From: Anthoceros angustus
Taxonomy: Eukaryota > Plantae > Anthocerotophyta
NCBI GenBank assembly: GCA_010909165.1
Contig: VJWM01000107.1
Location: 62,001 to 126,000 of the forward strand
Direction: 5' to 3'
DNA: 64,000 nucleotides
The notes beneath the pieces are model-generated. The model was not told the origin of the DNA, did no database searches, and saw only the letters and a program-made list of their open reading frames with translations. Made by a program: the position numbers and the translations under genes. Each line of letters opens with the position of its first letter. Position 1 is the first letter of the stretch. Below, piece by piece: positions 37,301 through 49,769 of the stretch.

Positions 37301-40300
37301 CAAATTGGCACGATAAAGCTAGACAGAGCACATTAATCCCACCAACCTTCACTTTCTGCCGCAAAGATAAGTATGTCTGCATTTCCTGCTGACACCTGCC
37401 CAAATAAAAGTTACAGTAAAATCAGATCCACATCTGAAAACTGATTCAAATCTGGAATTGAAATTCTAACGATAGCCCTCATGAGCTTTGTGCCATCGAA
37501 GGATAATGTGAGTGAAAGCCTGGGAGACCAAGCACACCTTTGTTTGTGAATCAAGACCCTTTCCAGGGCTTTCTGATCCACCTTATCAAAATTTGCAAAG
37601 ATAGCAATCCAGTGCTTAACCCGTTCTTCCACAGAAAGATCTGGAGAGAATAGATCCTCACTCAAAACATTCTCAAGCCCCTGTGGTCTGCAAAACATAA
37701 TGTGCAAATTGAGTGGCACTTGCAGTGATTGTCCTAGAAACTTCAAGCCTAATCAGTAATCACAGACCTGAAATCCTTGCAGTCCTTGTCGTAAACACAT
37801 CTAACAAGTCTTCCAGGAATCCATTCATATAGATCCTCAGGACTGACTTTTCCTTCTGCTGACAATGAGCAGAATGTCCGGTAAACTTCTGCCAACTTGT
37901 TGAAAGTGTCTTTCCGCAGTGATACCTGCTTCCAAGATAAATATGAGAAAAAGATGATGCTGGATTTTTAGGGAGCTGCTTCAGATAGCCTTTACCTTCT
38001 TATCACGCAACCGATCTGCTACTTTCTTCATGATATCAACGGAGACAATTTTAAGATCCCTTTTTGACAGGTCGCATAACACTTTAACCACCAGAACCCG
38101 CACTTTCTCCTCAAAGTCCTGAAGCCTGTCCGCAATTGCCTCTGTAGAACAAAACATCCAATTCAATGCTGTTGAGAGGCCGTGGCACAGCAAACACTTA
38201 CAGAAGGGGGTAAAATAAAATCTGCAGGGTCTGGGAAGTACAAAAAGACTCACCAACTATGTCTTTTGCTTCTTGTCCACAAGGATTTGCAATGACACAC
38301 CCTTCAGCACATTCCAGAATAGCTACTCTTACTTTAAGTGACTTGTCTTTGAATCTCCTGATGAACTCAGCAAAGAGTTGCCGGAATTGTTGAGGAATGT
38401 CTCGTCCCGGCAATGCAAACATCTTTCCGAGGAGTTTGACAGCGTTGATACGCACATCCTCCTTTTCAGTCTGCAACACAGTTATGGCAGAATCAAGAAA
38501 TAACTCTGGTCCTCGGTTAAACCCCTCTAGTAAATCAATCCCTCTCCATGCAAATCAAACAAAGACTGCCTACCAGCAGCTCCTGAGTCAGGTTGGGAAG
38601 GACTCCCAGAAGGATTTCCGGAATACAGGAGTAGATCTCGTAAATCAGATCGTGATAGTATTCATGCAGGTCACTGCCAGATCCTTCAGCCATCACAGAT
38701 GTGAGGAATCGCTGCACTTCAACACCACCCTCCAGTTTCTCTTTACAGTGGTGTATCACTGCTGCTGTTATCTTGTAGGCTGCTGGCGAAACCCCCTGAG
38801 GCACAGACACAATATCGTGACTAAGGAGATAAGGAACTTCTTCAAAGCTGTGCAGAAAAGGCAGATGTTCAGCAAGTACCTTACGGTCCTTCAACAAGTG
38901 CATAAACACTACTTCCAACAGTGGTTGTGCAATAACCTCGCTGTCTTCAAAGACTAGGGACAAGATATCCGTCATTGAAGAGGATACATTTGCAGGATGA
39001 GAATCACTGCAGCCACCCACAAACCCTTGCTGAAAACTGGTACCAACCAACTTCTGTCCAAGAGAGGACAAGGGCAAAGACCCTTAGCGCATCAAAGGAC
39101 AGCGAGGTACCTTATAGCTGACAGAAATGTCTTGAACATTTGCAGAATAAGATCATCACATTCAAGATCCAGCATGACCACACAGGACCGAACTTTAGCA
39201 ACTGTCTCCAAAATCTGCACCCTTCTCGTGAAAGAGGGGCTAGCCACATCATTGAGACCTTCGAAGGTTGATACAAGCAAACCGAAGACTTCCTGAAATT
39301 TTTGAATAACAGGTTACACGTTAGAGAGTAATTCCACCAATTCGTGTAAGGCAGCTCTGGACTTCCAGTTTTACCTTCAGAACATCATCATCATACGGAG
39401 CCTCGGGTGCCACTATCCTCATGACCTCACTCACGCAGGTGGCCACTAAAAGTCTAACATCCCTGTCCTTGTGTTTCATAAGAGCTGGCCGGACCAGAGC
39501 ATCAATACAAGGCTTCATCACCGCAAGGCTTTCTGCTGGAGGAGACTGATCCGCGTTCATAAACAGGCTTGACGCTTGCTGAAACAGAACAAGAGGCCAT
39601 GAGAAACGTAAGCGAAGGAGAGAGCTGACCATTACGTCCCCAACATGCATCCACCTCAAAGCCGGATACAGGGCCCCTGGCAGCAGACTTGCAGGGGGGG
39701 CGGGGTGGTCGTGAAATGAATCCAGACACAAACACTGAACGACCCAAGCTCAAGGGCACAAGTTAGGGAGGGGTAGCAAGCAGGCCCTGGTCGGCATCCC
39801 AGCCCACATCTTCCATCCGCCCTGCTGCCCGAAGTGGGGAAAAACGTGGAAAACCTAGGCAGTCGCAGCGGAGGGCCACCAAGCTCCAGCCCCCGCAAAG
39901 CCCAATTCCAGGTCACAACCAGTGGCCTTGCAGAGTCAAGATCACAGGCCACCAGGAATTGGGCTGAAGCCCAAGAGACACAACAGAGTGCCAAAATTAC
40001 CACAAAAGAAATGAAGACCAGCAGCACAAGAAGTGATTGCAGCAGCAGGGAGGCGATTGTCAGGGCAGGGGGGGCAGGCAAAGGGCCCAATGTGGCCAAA
40101 AGACAGAGAGTTAAATTGCAGAGAAATCCAAGCACGAGGGGGTGAGGGGGAATGCAGCAAATTGGGCAGAGGCAGGAAGGCAGGGGAGGGGGGAAAAGCA
40201 CCTTGAGCAGCTTGAGCAGCACGTCCTTGGGCTGGTCGGGCTGGAGCAGCTGCTTGCCGATATTGTTCAGACTGGAGACGTCGTTGGCCGTGGAGACGTC

Positions 40301-40339
40301 TCGGGCCATGGTGGTGTCCCCGGGCGCGTCTCGGGCCAT
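31313..40339 (-). CDS. PDS5: Sister chromatid cohesion protein PDS5 (HEAT repeats, AT-hook, Tudor-like domain), multi-exon
   Basis: LMKHKDRDVRLLVATCVSEVMRIVAPEAPYDDD; ILETVAKVRSCVVMLDLEC; RINAVKLLGKMF; RLRDKK; PEYVLTYLVHVIAHHP; AT-hook KRGRPRK; Tudor-like RVKVWWPLDK/YYKGRV/ILYDDGDVENLRLSKERW. The stop at 31313 is inferred from a short last exon GTVRVRKRKVR*. Confidence 0.93.
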
Positions 40340-41760
40340 GGCAGGTGAGCTTGCGGATACTAAAAAGTGGCGTCCAGGGCGGGTCCAGGCAGCTGGCGAG
40401 GCTGGGCCTGACCCGGCCCGGGCTCCTGCTGCTGCTGCTGCTGCTCCTGCTCGGGTGCGGCGTTATTACCCCCCCGCCGCCACGGACGGCCTGGGCGTCA
40501 GCATGGGCGCGGCAGTCGTCGAGTAATATAAGGTGGCTGGTGGGCGCCACGCGAGAGACGAAGGCGGTGCCCAGCCCGACGATGGCGATCCCAGGCCTGC
40601 TTGCTTTCTTTGATCCCAAACTTTTCCCCTCAAATGCGTACACACATACACAGCGTGCAGGAGCTGCTGCGGCTGGGCTGGCGGCCTCGCCTCCCTGTCC
40701 CCGGCTCGCTCTCCCCTCAGCACTCACCGGCAACCGGCTCCAGCGCCTCGGATTCGGCCTCTCACCGCCCCTTCCCGGTGGCCGCCGTTTGTCTCGGTTG
40801 CCACCCACCCGCACCCCCTTCTTTTTGAAATTCAATCCATCCCCCTCTCGCTCGTACTGGTACACCCGGCCGCAACCGCATGGCTCCTTCGCTCGCTGGC
40901 TCCCGGATGAGCAGCCGCCTCCAACACCATTACCTTACCACCTAAATTCTGCATACAACCCATGCCATATCAGAATAAGGAACGAGTCCATCATAGTCCA
41001 CCGGGCCGGAATTTCCCAGTCATGCTACAACGCAACTTTGTACCATGGTGTGCCTAAGTTACTTGCGTCAAGGGCATCCCATCTAGATACCAATATAAGC
41101 GCAGGGTGCTTATAAATGTGTGTCTATTTAGATATTTATGTAAGTACCTAGTATAGGGAGCGCTAATGTTATCTTTGACGTTTCAAATTCAATAGAATTC
41201 ATTTAATTTGTAAATTATGTAGCAGTTATTAAAAATAACAATATCATACGAATTTGTACTCTCATCTACATAGGCGCGACCATGACAGATTTGTACTTCT
41301 TACAATGTAAGATCTCTGCTAAACAGGTGAATTTGTCTTATATTTTAAAGGAAAAATCCAAGATCCAAGAACGTGTTTACATTGACCCTTAGAACTTATT
41401 GCATTTATATGGTCATATGTATGTGGATATTTAAGGATCGTCTCGCTAGAAGAACTCTCACAAGGCACTCTGGACCTAACAGCCTACATTCACATTGGAT
41501 TTTGTCTCATATGTACCTCTAATAACCTTGCCTACTCTTGTGGTCCCACGTGGAAGGACTCTCCGGCTCACTTGCAACCTACAATACATATGTACTTGGT
41601 ATTTTATGTCATATTGTACCTTGATTAACCTTGCCTAATCTTGAGATTTCATGTGGAAGGATTCTCAGTGAGAGTGCAAGTTCAATGTCCACTTAGTGGG
41701 ACTACATGCATCATAAATTTTTTCATATCTATATATAGCATATAATGAAAGTGGGATAGT

Positions 41761-41887
41761 GAAAAGCGGGAGTCCTCTTCGCAAAAAGAAAGCGGGAGTC
41801 CCACACTCATTTTCGCAAAAAGAAAGCGGGAGTCCCACACTCATTTACAGAGAGGAACATTCATCATTTACAGAGACGACATTCATT
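41761..41887. repeat. Nested short direct repeats (AAAGCGGGAGTCC x3, 34-bp unit x2, CATTTACAGAGA x2)
   Basis: Read directly from the sequence in AT-rich intergenic DNA. Confidence 0.75.
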
Positions 41888-42949
41888 ATAATTTTTTCAT
41901 ATTTGAAGGGATGTTCATCATAATTACTTACCCATAATTGTGGGAGTCCCTCCGTGTATGTACTCGTTGGCAAAAGTGTAAGCAAAGTAACCAATACGGA
42001 TTGAAATTTCATTGAACTCCCACTCTTATTGATAGATCTCTCGCTTTTAGTAGGAGGAAAAAAAATTAATTTACTAAATCGAATGGTTGGACTAAATAAT
42101 TATTATCTTTTTTCATAACATTCTTTTTGCTTTTAGTAGGATGAAAAAAAACTTGATTAATTAATTTACTAAATCCAAAAAATAGTTGGACTAAATAGTT
42201 ACAATCCTGTTTCACGACATTTTTTTTGTGTGACAAAAACAAAACCAACATGCAAGCCTTAGTAGATGGCTTTTTAGATGCGTAGGCATTCCAAAAAGTA
42301 AAGTCATTTAACTACAAGGCTGATATTTATACATACCTATGTACATATGCAGTCTTGAATCCCCAATCTGTAGGCAAGCTAGCAGCCAGTGGAGTGTAGC
42401 CAGCCTCTTCCAACATTGATTCCAAAACCTGCTAGCAATGACTCTTGATCCCAACCCTACAGTCTTCCACCGTGAATATGTGATAGGTACGCGTACCTCC
42501 CACTCATGCTTTTATCTAGGTCATGTGAGCCACGGCCAGTCATACCCTTAGGACATGACTACATGTATTGCAAGTACATGCAAGAATAAACTAGTAGTAT
42601 TATTTATTTTTAGGATGTATTCATGTTAGCATGTAGCTTCAAGAATGTTAAACACTTTATAGTGTCTTCAAGTGGTGCCTATAGGATTCCCTTCAAGTGC
42701 TGCCCACTAGATTGCCTACAAGGCCACTTGCAACTGTTGGCAGTTATTGGATCCATTTTAAGGCTATGTAACTTGCCAGGTAAAGATCCCATACATACGA
42801 GCATGGAGAGCTAAAACATGCGATCTTGCAAACCAAGCACCTACAGCAAGAGCTGACGGTTGGTTAAAAGTTGATTAACAATGCTATCGTGCGCGCTTTA
42901 ATTCGGTGATGGCAAGGCCCAGGAGAGAGATCTGTTTGGATTAGTTGCA

Positions 42950-43940
42950 AGGGAAAGGATACTTTATTATAGAAAAGGGATGGGAAAAACTCATCCACCC
43001 CAAAAACAAAGGGGGAAGAAGCCGATGAAGGGCACCATGCCAAGGGGACTAGCCCCCACGATCACACATTTCAAAACTACCAACAGCCTGAAGAACTTTG
43101 TGGTCAAGGATGTGAAAAGGCCTACTTACCACCAGTGTCGAAGAAGTTGCATCTCCCGAGCTCGCTGTCATTCTACACTACGTTGGCCAACGCCCTTTGC
43201 AAAGTGATGGAAACCCTCTGCCGGAAGAAAGCAACAATACAAGAAAGGAGGAGGCCAACCTCATTCTTGTGGCTGTGATAAGCCTTAGTGTAGGCCTTGA
43301 TGAACCTGGAAAAATCCTTTCCCATGGCTTCGTGAGTCTCGATGGCAAGGAGGACAAAGGCGTGCGGTCTTGCATAGGAGAGTACTTGTGGACCTTAGCC
43401 ATCGTGCATCGTACTTGTGGACCCTAGCCATCGTGCATCCCTCCGCCGCCCAACCTGCAGGGTTAAGGATAACGTGTTTGCAGACACTGTCCCGAGTGGG
43501 GTCTATTAAACCACATCAGCAACCAAAACCTGATCCCTAGAGTTAAAAATAGATCAGCCCTAAGCGAAGCCCACTGAGCAAGGTGTAAAAGCGCTCCCTA
43601 AATGGAAAGAACCCGCCTTACCTAGCAATAGAGAACATGATGTCCCTAACGGCGTCATATGTAGCGATAAGCTGCCTACCTGCGGGACAGCCAGCCAAGT
43701 GCGTCTCGATGACCGTCATATGTAGCGATAAGCTGCCTACCCGCGGGACAGCCAGCCAAGTGCGTCTCGGAGTCATCGAGAGGGACCCGTAGTTGCAAGT
43801 TGAAAGAGAGCAAGCTAGAGGATGGACCAAGCCCAAGCGAAATCGCATCGTGATAGAAAAAGTAAGGAACGGACCAGTTGTGGACACTAGTTGTAACGGA
43901 ACTGCTATGCTAGGGATAGAGAGTGTACTAGGAGAGAGAG
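42950..43940 (-). mobile_element. 5'-truncated, decayed non-LTR retrotransposon of the restriction-like-endonuclease (CRE/R2-like) type
   Basis: Minus-strand frames give MRFRLGLVHP, HLAGCPAGRQLIATYDAVRDIMFSIAR (zinc-knuckle-like), RADL...VLVADVV, KVHKY and FVLLAIETHEAMGKDFSRFIK...FFRQRVSITLQRA. There is an internal ~61-bp tandem duplication at ~43650-43770. Boundaries are approximate. Confidence 0.75.
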
Positions 43941-45199
43941 TAGGGATACAAAACTAGTGAGGAGGATAGTGGAGTGATGGAGAATGGGACGACATGCAGG
44001 CCGTCTGGCATTACATATACTGGTAAAAGATAGTAGCAGCTATGGGAATTGAGGATAGGTTACGTTGTTGTGTTCTCCATTCTTACATTTTGGTATTAGA
44101 GCTTGTCCTACTTCATCGTAAAATTCAAATGCACATATCTCAATCGTCTAGCGGAGCGTAGATTCACGCTGCCTTGCTAGGCCTCTTCCAGCCCTGCCAA
44201 ATAATCCTGAAGTCACTCTGAAACACACCCACATGTTCCTAAAGTCACTCTCAAACACACTTCAAACAGTCGCAACACATGATCCGAAAAAGAAGAAGTC
44301 CGTGCTTAGTCACGCAACTTAATGGGGACGTTCTCAATCATTTTCCAAAGAATGTATTGTGGCCAACCGACTACGATACTCAAAACGGGACAGTACTTTC
44401 TCATGACTTTCTAATAGACCTATCAGGCTTGAGGCAGGAAGGGGAGACCCAGGTTCGTAGCTTGAACAATGGGCGAGTCTTTGTCGTTTTTTGCATGTAT
44501 GAATGAGTGGCTTCATGGAGTCTTAAGAGAGACTCGGAGAACGCAGTCTAGGTTCGTCAAGAGGCGCGCTTCTTGATGTAGGAAGAGTCTACAGTGAGAA
44601 AATTCTGGGTTGGGCTTTTTTGTCCTCAATTCTTTCCATCAGGCTTACGATATATTACAATCAACCGTGGCTTGAGACGGAGAAAAGGGCGCTGGAGTTG
44701 TTGCGTGCTGAGTTGGAGCATGCTTGGGAGCTATCCAAAGCGGGGCCATGCGCCATTGCCATAGAAACGGGGAGGTTAGCAGGCCATGGTTGCCTCACAA
44801 TTCCATCTTGAAGTTTGTGGAACATGTGTTTGTTCATTTAGCCAGGGCAGTTGAAGAAGGAGGCGAGCGAGAGAATCACTCTCTTGTCAACGTTTGAAGT
44901 TTCGATGTTCAAGCATAACCAAGACCAGGGAGGAGAGGTTGGATCGACACTGGGGAAAGTGGCTCAATCTGGTGGAATACCGCCCAGTCCGACCCCAAGT
45001 CGCAAGACACTGAGTAAGTTACTGCACCTGGCACGGAAACATGTCAAGGAAGACGATACACCATGGATTAAGGAGATTTACGAAGCCCTGGTTGCACAAC
45101 AGCTGGAGGAAGAGGCTTGTCAACCCTGAAACCCGGAGCCTCGCCAAGCCATGATGGCACTTACACTGTTGTTCCTATTTCGCGCCCTAAATAGGAAGT

Positions 45200-45430
45200 C
45201 GCTCTCTATGTGTGGTGGCTTTTTTTCCAACAACGAGTCTCCATCGCCCTGCAGCGGGCATCTTTGAGTGCGAGGAACGCTGCATCTTTAGCTCTAGTGG
45301 TAAGTAGGCTCTTTCTTTTTCTTATCTACGATACCTTGGGAGCGATTCGTAGCTTCAGGGTAGACAATCGCGGGGCTAGTTCCTTTTGGCCCGAGATCCT
45401 GTAGAGGGTATTGTGGGGCTAGTCCCTTTT
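45200..45430 (+). mobile_element. Second 3' remnant of a related CRE-like element
   Basis: FFQQRVSIALQRA, followed by GTGGTAAGTAGGC and GGGGCTAGT, which also follow the same motif in the element at 42950-43940. Confidence 0.6.
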
Positions 45431-46023
45431 AGCCCGAGGCCCTTTAGGTGTAGATGGGACTTCCCATCTACGCATACGTATGAAGTCTCCACTTCCTCCT
45501 AAACGGGATTCCGGATTTCATTGTCCAACTTTGAGGGCTTGTAGATGGGAGTTGAAGGACCATGAGATGCAGAGATGGGAGGATCTACCTATGTATCGCA
45601 CCTTCAATTGCCCATTAAAGTGCAGTGGATACTCGTTCACGGACGGGCAAAAGAAGAACGACAAGTGATAGCCCTTCCTTTGAGGGCCTCATATGCTAAG
45701 CTCTTGCACTGTAGCTGATAAGAGAAATCACATTGTCGGATGCGAGGTCTACGAGCAACACGAAGAATACAAAATCGTTCATGTGGTTTTGGTTTTGGTG
45801 TTCCTTTCTACCCTGCAATAGTCCTGTGAGGTTTGCGGAAGGGAAGCCATGTTCTTGCACGTGGAGCATTTTCCGAAGCAGTGGACTGCTCCATGTCCCA
45901 ATACTCGCTTGGCAAATCATCATCATGTGATTTGTGAAGGCATTCATCACCGGGAGATATGATGCACATGTCCCGCTGATCATTGGCCTGCAGGCTGTGC
46001 CTGGCTCTCACATCTCGTAAACC

Positions 46024-49000
46024 ATGACGGAGGCAACCTTATTAGCAAAAGTTCAGCGCGTGCATCCATGTCTCGCAGAAATGGATGCGTGGAGCGTTAC
46101 GAATGGGTCACACAATGGGCAACATGGCCAGTTGTGGGGAGCGTGTGTGTGGACCCAACAAGCTGGGTTCACAAGCTCTGTACAAAATGCTCCCGCTCAC
46201 CTTGCTTCCAGGAACAAGACATTGTCAAACACGGAGGCCGCGCAGTGCAGCACCATTGCAAGAGAGCCAGCTCGTCCGATAGGATGTCGGGCTCGATGTA
46301 CCTGCGAAAATTCTCTGCACCCCACAGTTGGGTGGAGACAATTCAAGACGAACAGGGAGTCCCAGGGGGTCTTCTTGCCGAACAGCGACAGCCTCCTGGC
46401 TGACGGTCACCTTGGCAGGCCTACAGGATACGAAATGGGCGTAACACCTGAAACCGTGAGCACACTCTGTCAGCACGGGCAGCTCAGTGAGAGCGTTGAG
46501 GCACTAGGAGCTCTGGTGCTAGCGGACTCTCATATTTCCACGTCTCTGGTGTATATGGTACTCAAACAATGCGTGGCTAAGAAGGATCTTCCTCTGGGTC
46601 GCCGAGTCCATGCTCTCACGGTGGAGAAGGGGTATGAATCGGATGCGTTCCTGTGCAATCACATCCTGCGGATGTATGCTTCTCATGCCAAATTGCAAGA
46701 AGCTATGGATGTTTTCACTATGGTTGCGGAACCAGATGCCTTCATGTGGTCTTCTATGATTTCTGCGCTTGTTAAAGATGGGCAAGATAAACAGGCCATC
46801 GAACTGTACCAACGCATGCGCAGGTCAGGTGTGAAGCCAGATGGCCATGTATTTGTAGCAGCGCTTCAGGCTTGTGCGAGGGGAAGAGACTTGAATTCCG
46901 GGCAGCATGTGCATGCTGATGTGTTGGCTTGTGGCTTTGAGCGTGATTTGTTTGTGTGCAGTTGCTTGGTCGACATGTATGCTAAGTGTGGCAGCTTGGA
47001 AGATGCTCAGAGAGTGTTCGACGGGCTTCCAGAAAAGAATGTGGTGACTTGGAGTGCCATGATAGCAGGGTATTCCCAGCAGGGTAAGGGACAGAAAGCC
47101 CTTCGTCTTTACAATGCTATGCAACAAGAGGGCACTGTTGCACCCAATTCTGTGACATTTGTGTGCCTCCTGCAGGCCTGTGCAAGTGCAGGCACCCTGG
47201 CTTTGGAGACGGGGAAGCAGCTTCATGCACAGGTAAAGGAACGGGGGCTTCAGGACAATGTGGTTGTCGGTGGGAGTCTGGTCAACATGTATGCAAAGTG
47301 TGGGAGCCTAGAGGATGCTCGGGGTGTGTTTGACGGACTTGGTACAAAAAATGTGGTGTCGTGGAATGCCATGATAGCAGGATATTCCCAGCAAGGCATG
47401 GGGCATGAAGCTCTTGCTCTCTACAAGGCTATGCAAGAAGATGGCATGTCTGCACCTGATTCTGTGACATTTGTGTGCCTTCTGCAAGCATGTGCAAGTG
47501 TGGGCAACCAGGTTTTGGAGACAGGGAAGCAGCTTCATGCCCTGATTAGAGAACGAGGACTTCAGGCTGATGTGTTTGTAGGTAGCGGTCTGGTGGACAT
47601 GTATGCGAAGTGCGGCAGCCTAAAGGACGCTCGGAGCGTGTTTGATGGTCTTAGTCAAAAAACTGTAGTGACGTGGGGCGCAATGATAGCAGGATATTCC
47701 CAGCACGGGAAGGGGCAGGAAGCCCTTTGTCTTTACAAGGTTATGCAAGAAGATGGCATCAATGCACCTGATTCTCTGACTTTTGTGTGTCTCTTGCACT
47801 CATGTGCGACTTTGGGCACTGCAGGTTTGGAGCATGGGAAGCAGCTTCACGCACAAATTAAGGAACGAGGGCTGCAGGATGATGTGTTTGTAGCCAACAG
47901 CTTAGTAAGCATGTATGCAAAGTGTGGCAGCTTAGAGGATGCTAAATGGGTGTTTGACGGACTTGGTCAGAAAAATGTGGTGACATGGAGTGCCATGATA
48001 GCTGGATATTCACAGCACGGCAAGGGGCTGGAAGCTCTCCACCTCTATAGGGCGATGCAAGAAGACGGCATGGCTGCACCCAATGCTGTGACATTTGCAT
48101 GCCTCCTGCAAGCATGTGCAACCGTGGGCACCTCAGCTTTGAGAACAGGGAGGCAGTTTCATGCAGAAATGAGAGAACGAGGGCTGCAAGCTGATGTGTT
48201 TGCAGCCAGCAGCTTGGTAAACATGTATGCAAAGTGTGGCAGCCTAGAGGATGCAAGGGTCGTGTTTGACAGACTTACTGAAAAAAATGTGGTAACGTGG
48301 AGTGCCATGATGGCAGGATATTCCCAGCAGGGCATGGGGCAGGATGCTCTTGTTCTTTACAGGGCTATGGAAGAAGAAGGCATTGTTGTACCGAATCCAG
48401 TGACATTTGTGTGCCTCCTTCAGGCATGTGCAAGTGTGGCCGCTTTGCAACTCGGAAGACAGCTTCATTCACAATTAAAAGCACAAGGGCTTCAAGCTGA
48501 TGTATTTGTTGCTGGCAGTTTGATAAACATGTATGGCAAGTGCGGTAGCATGGTTGATGCACAGCAGGTGTTTGAATCATTGCCCGAGAGAGACGTCATC
48601 TCCTGGAATGCACTGATCGCAGGATATGCCGGTCAAGGAGACAGTGAGGAGGTCTTTGACTTATTTGACAGAATGAGGGGGGATGGCATCCAGCCAGTCG
48701 ACGTGACCTTCCTTAGTGTACTAACAGTATGTAGTCATAGGGGTCTAGTGAACAAGGGGCGACAGTACTTCGAGGCTATGAGCCGACAGTATGGGATCAG
48801 TCCCACTGCGGAGCACTACACTTGTATGGTGGATCTCATGGGCCGTGCAGGACAATTGAACGAGGCACTAGCTTTTATAAGAACCATGCCTCTTCTCCCT
48901 CATGCTGCCATTTGGCACACTCTTCTAGGTGCTTGTCAAAAGTGGAGCAGCGTGGAAGCCGGGCGCAATGCTTTCCATGAAGCTGTAAAGCTAGACAAGA

Positions 49001-49266
49001 CAGACATCACAGCTCATGTCCTCATGTCGAACATATACACCAGTGCCCAGATGTGGCAGCAGGCTCGGGAGATGCAGGCCATTAGAAGAGGAATCGGGGC
49101 ATGGAAGCAGCCAGGACAGAGCTGGTGGACAGACCTAGAAGGACTGGTCCACAGTTTTGTGGTTGGGGATAAGCAACATCCCGAGAGTGAAGGAGTGAGG
49201 CTCCTTCCTCAATCGAGGAAAGATGGATTTTTCCCACACATCAACTATGGGAATGAAGAGGTATGA
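46024..49266 (+). CDS. PLS-class PPR protein (PPR1), E1-E2-E+, no intact DYW; single exon, 1080 aa
   Basis: Five 104-aa S-P-L triplets (MYAKCGSL.DA..VFDGL..KNVV.W.AMIAGYSQ.G...FVCLLQACA), then VCSHRGLV..HYTCMVDLMGRAG, LMSNIY and KQPGQSWWTD...HSFVVGD. Confidence 0.95.
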   Translation: MTEATLLAKVQRVHPCLAEMDAWSVTNGSHNGQHGQLWGACVWTQQAGFTSSVQNAPAHLASRNKTLSNTEAAQCSTIAREPARPIGCRARCTCENSLHPTVGWRQFKTNRESQGVFLPNSDSLLADGHLGRPTGYEMGVTPETVSTLCQHGQLSESVEALGALVLADSHISTSLVYMVLKQCVAKKDLPLGRRVHALTVEKGYESDAFLCNHILRMYASHAKLQEAMDVFTMVAEPDAFMWSSMISALVKDGQDKQAIELYQRMRRSGVKPDGHVFVAALQACARGRDLNSGQHVHADVLACGFERDLFVCSCLVDMYAKCGSLEDAQRVFDGLPEKNVVTWSAMIAGYSQQGKGQKALRLYNAMQQEGTVAPNSVTFVCLLQACASAGTLALETGKQLHAQVKERGLQDNVVVGGSLVNMYAKCGSLEDARGVFDGLGTKNVVSWNAMIAGYSQQGMGHEALALYKAMQEDGMSAPDSVTFVCLLQACASVGNQVLETGKQLHALIRERGLQADVFVGSGLVDMYAKCGSLKDARSVFDGLSQKTVVTWGAMIAGYSQHGKGQEALCLYKVMQEDGINAPDSLTFVCLLHSCATLGTAGLEHGKQLHAQIKERGLQDDVFVANSLVSMYAKCGSLEDAKWVFDGLGQKNVVTWSAMIAGYSQHGKGLEALHLYRAMQEDGMAAPNAVTFACLLQACATVGTSALRTGRQFHAEMRERGLQADVFAASSLVNMYAKCGSLEDARVVFDRLTEKNVVTWSAMMAGYSQQGMGQDALVLYRAMEEEGIVVPNPVTFVCLLQACASVAALQLGRQLHSQLKAQGLQADVFVAGSLINMYGKCGSMVDAQQVFESLPERDVISWNALIAGYAGQGDSEEVFDLFDRMRGDGIQPVDVTFLSVLTVCSHRGLVNKGRQYFEAMSRQYGISPTAEHYTCMVDLMGRAGQLNEALAFIRTMPLLPHAAIWHTLLGACQKWSSVEAGRNAFHEAVKLDKTDITAHVLMSNIYTSAQMWQQAREMQAIRRGIGAWKQPGQSWWTDLEGLVHSFVVGDKQHPESEGVRLLPQSRKDGFFPHINYGNEEV

Positions 49267-49769
49267 AAAGCATGTGGAACCATCAAAACACCGTGCTGGT
49301 TTTGAAAGTAGTCTGGTCATGTTGCTTGGCACTCACACTGTCCCCAGAGCTAACATATCCAAGAAGGGAGGCGAGCTATGTGTAGGATGCAACTTGTTAT
49401 TTTCCTAGACGCATTGCATTGCACATGTTTTGGCAGCGAGTTGATGTACATACATTGTCCGGATTTTTCTGGAGAGCATGGAGTAGTGGGTCTCCCAATC
49501 TCCAAGCTTCGGCAACGGGTCTTGAGTTTGTGTCCACAATCCGAACTGGTGTGCAGTAACGACGTGTAGGAAGAGTTCCTGCTCACGACTTCAGGCAACA
49601 AACCGCTTGGAAACAAGGAAGCCGCAAGTTGCAGCACTTTTCCAAGACAACCAGCCTATCCCCGCGTGTATCCCCGTTGGTCCAGATCTAGAGGATTCTT
49701 AGGTTCCAGGAGGTGCACCGGCGAAACAATTCCCACATTACACCGGATGCGCCGCTGGCTGCTGTGGGC

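Noticed and set aside
39656-41115. Several 200-300 aa ORFs around the PDS5 start
   Set aside because: Low-complexity GC-rich UTR/intron sequence. Only the first 46 codons of 39656-40339 are PDS5 exon 1.
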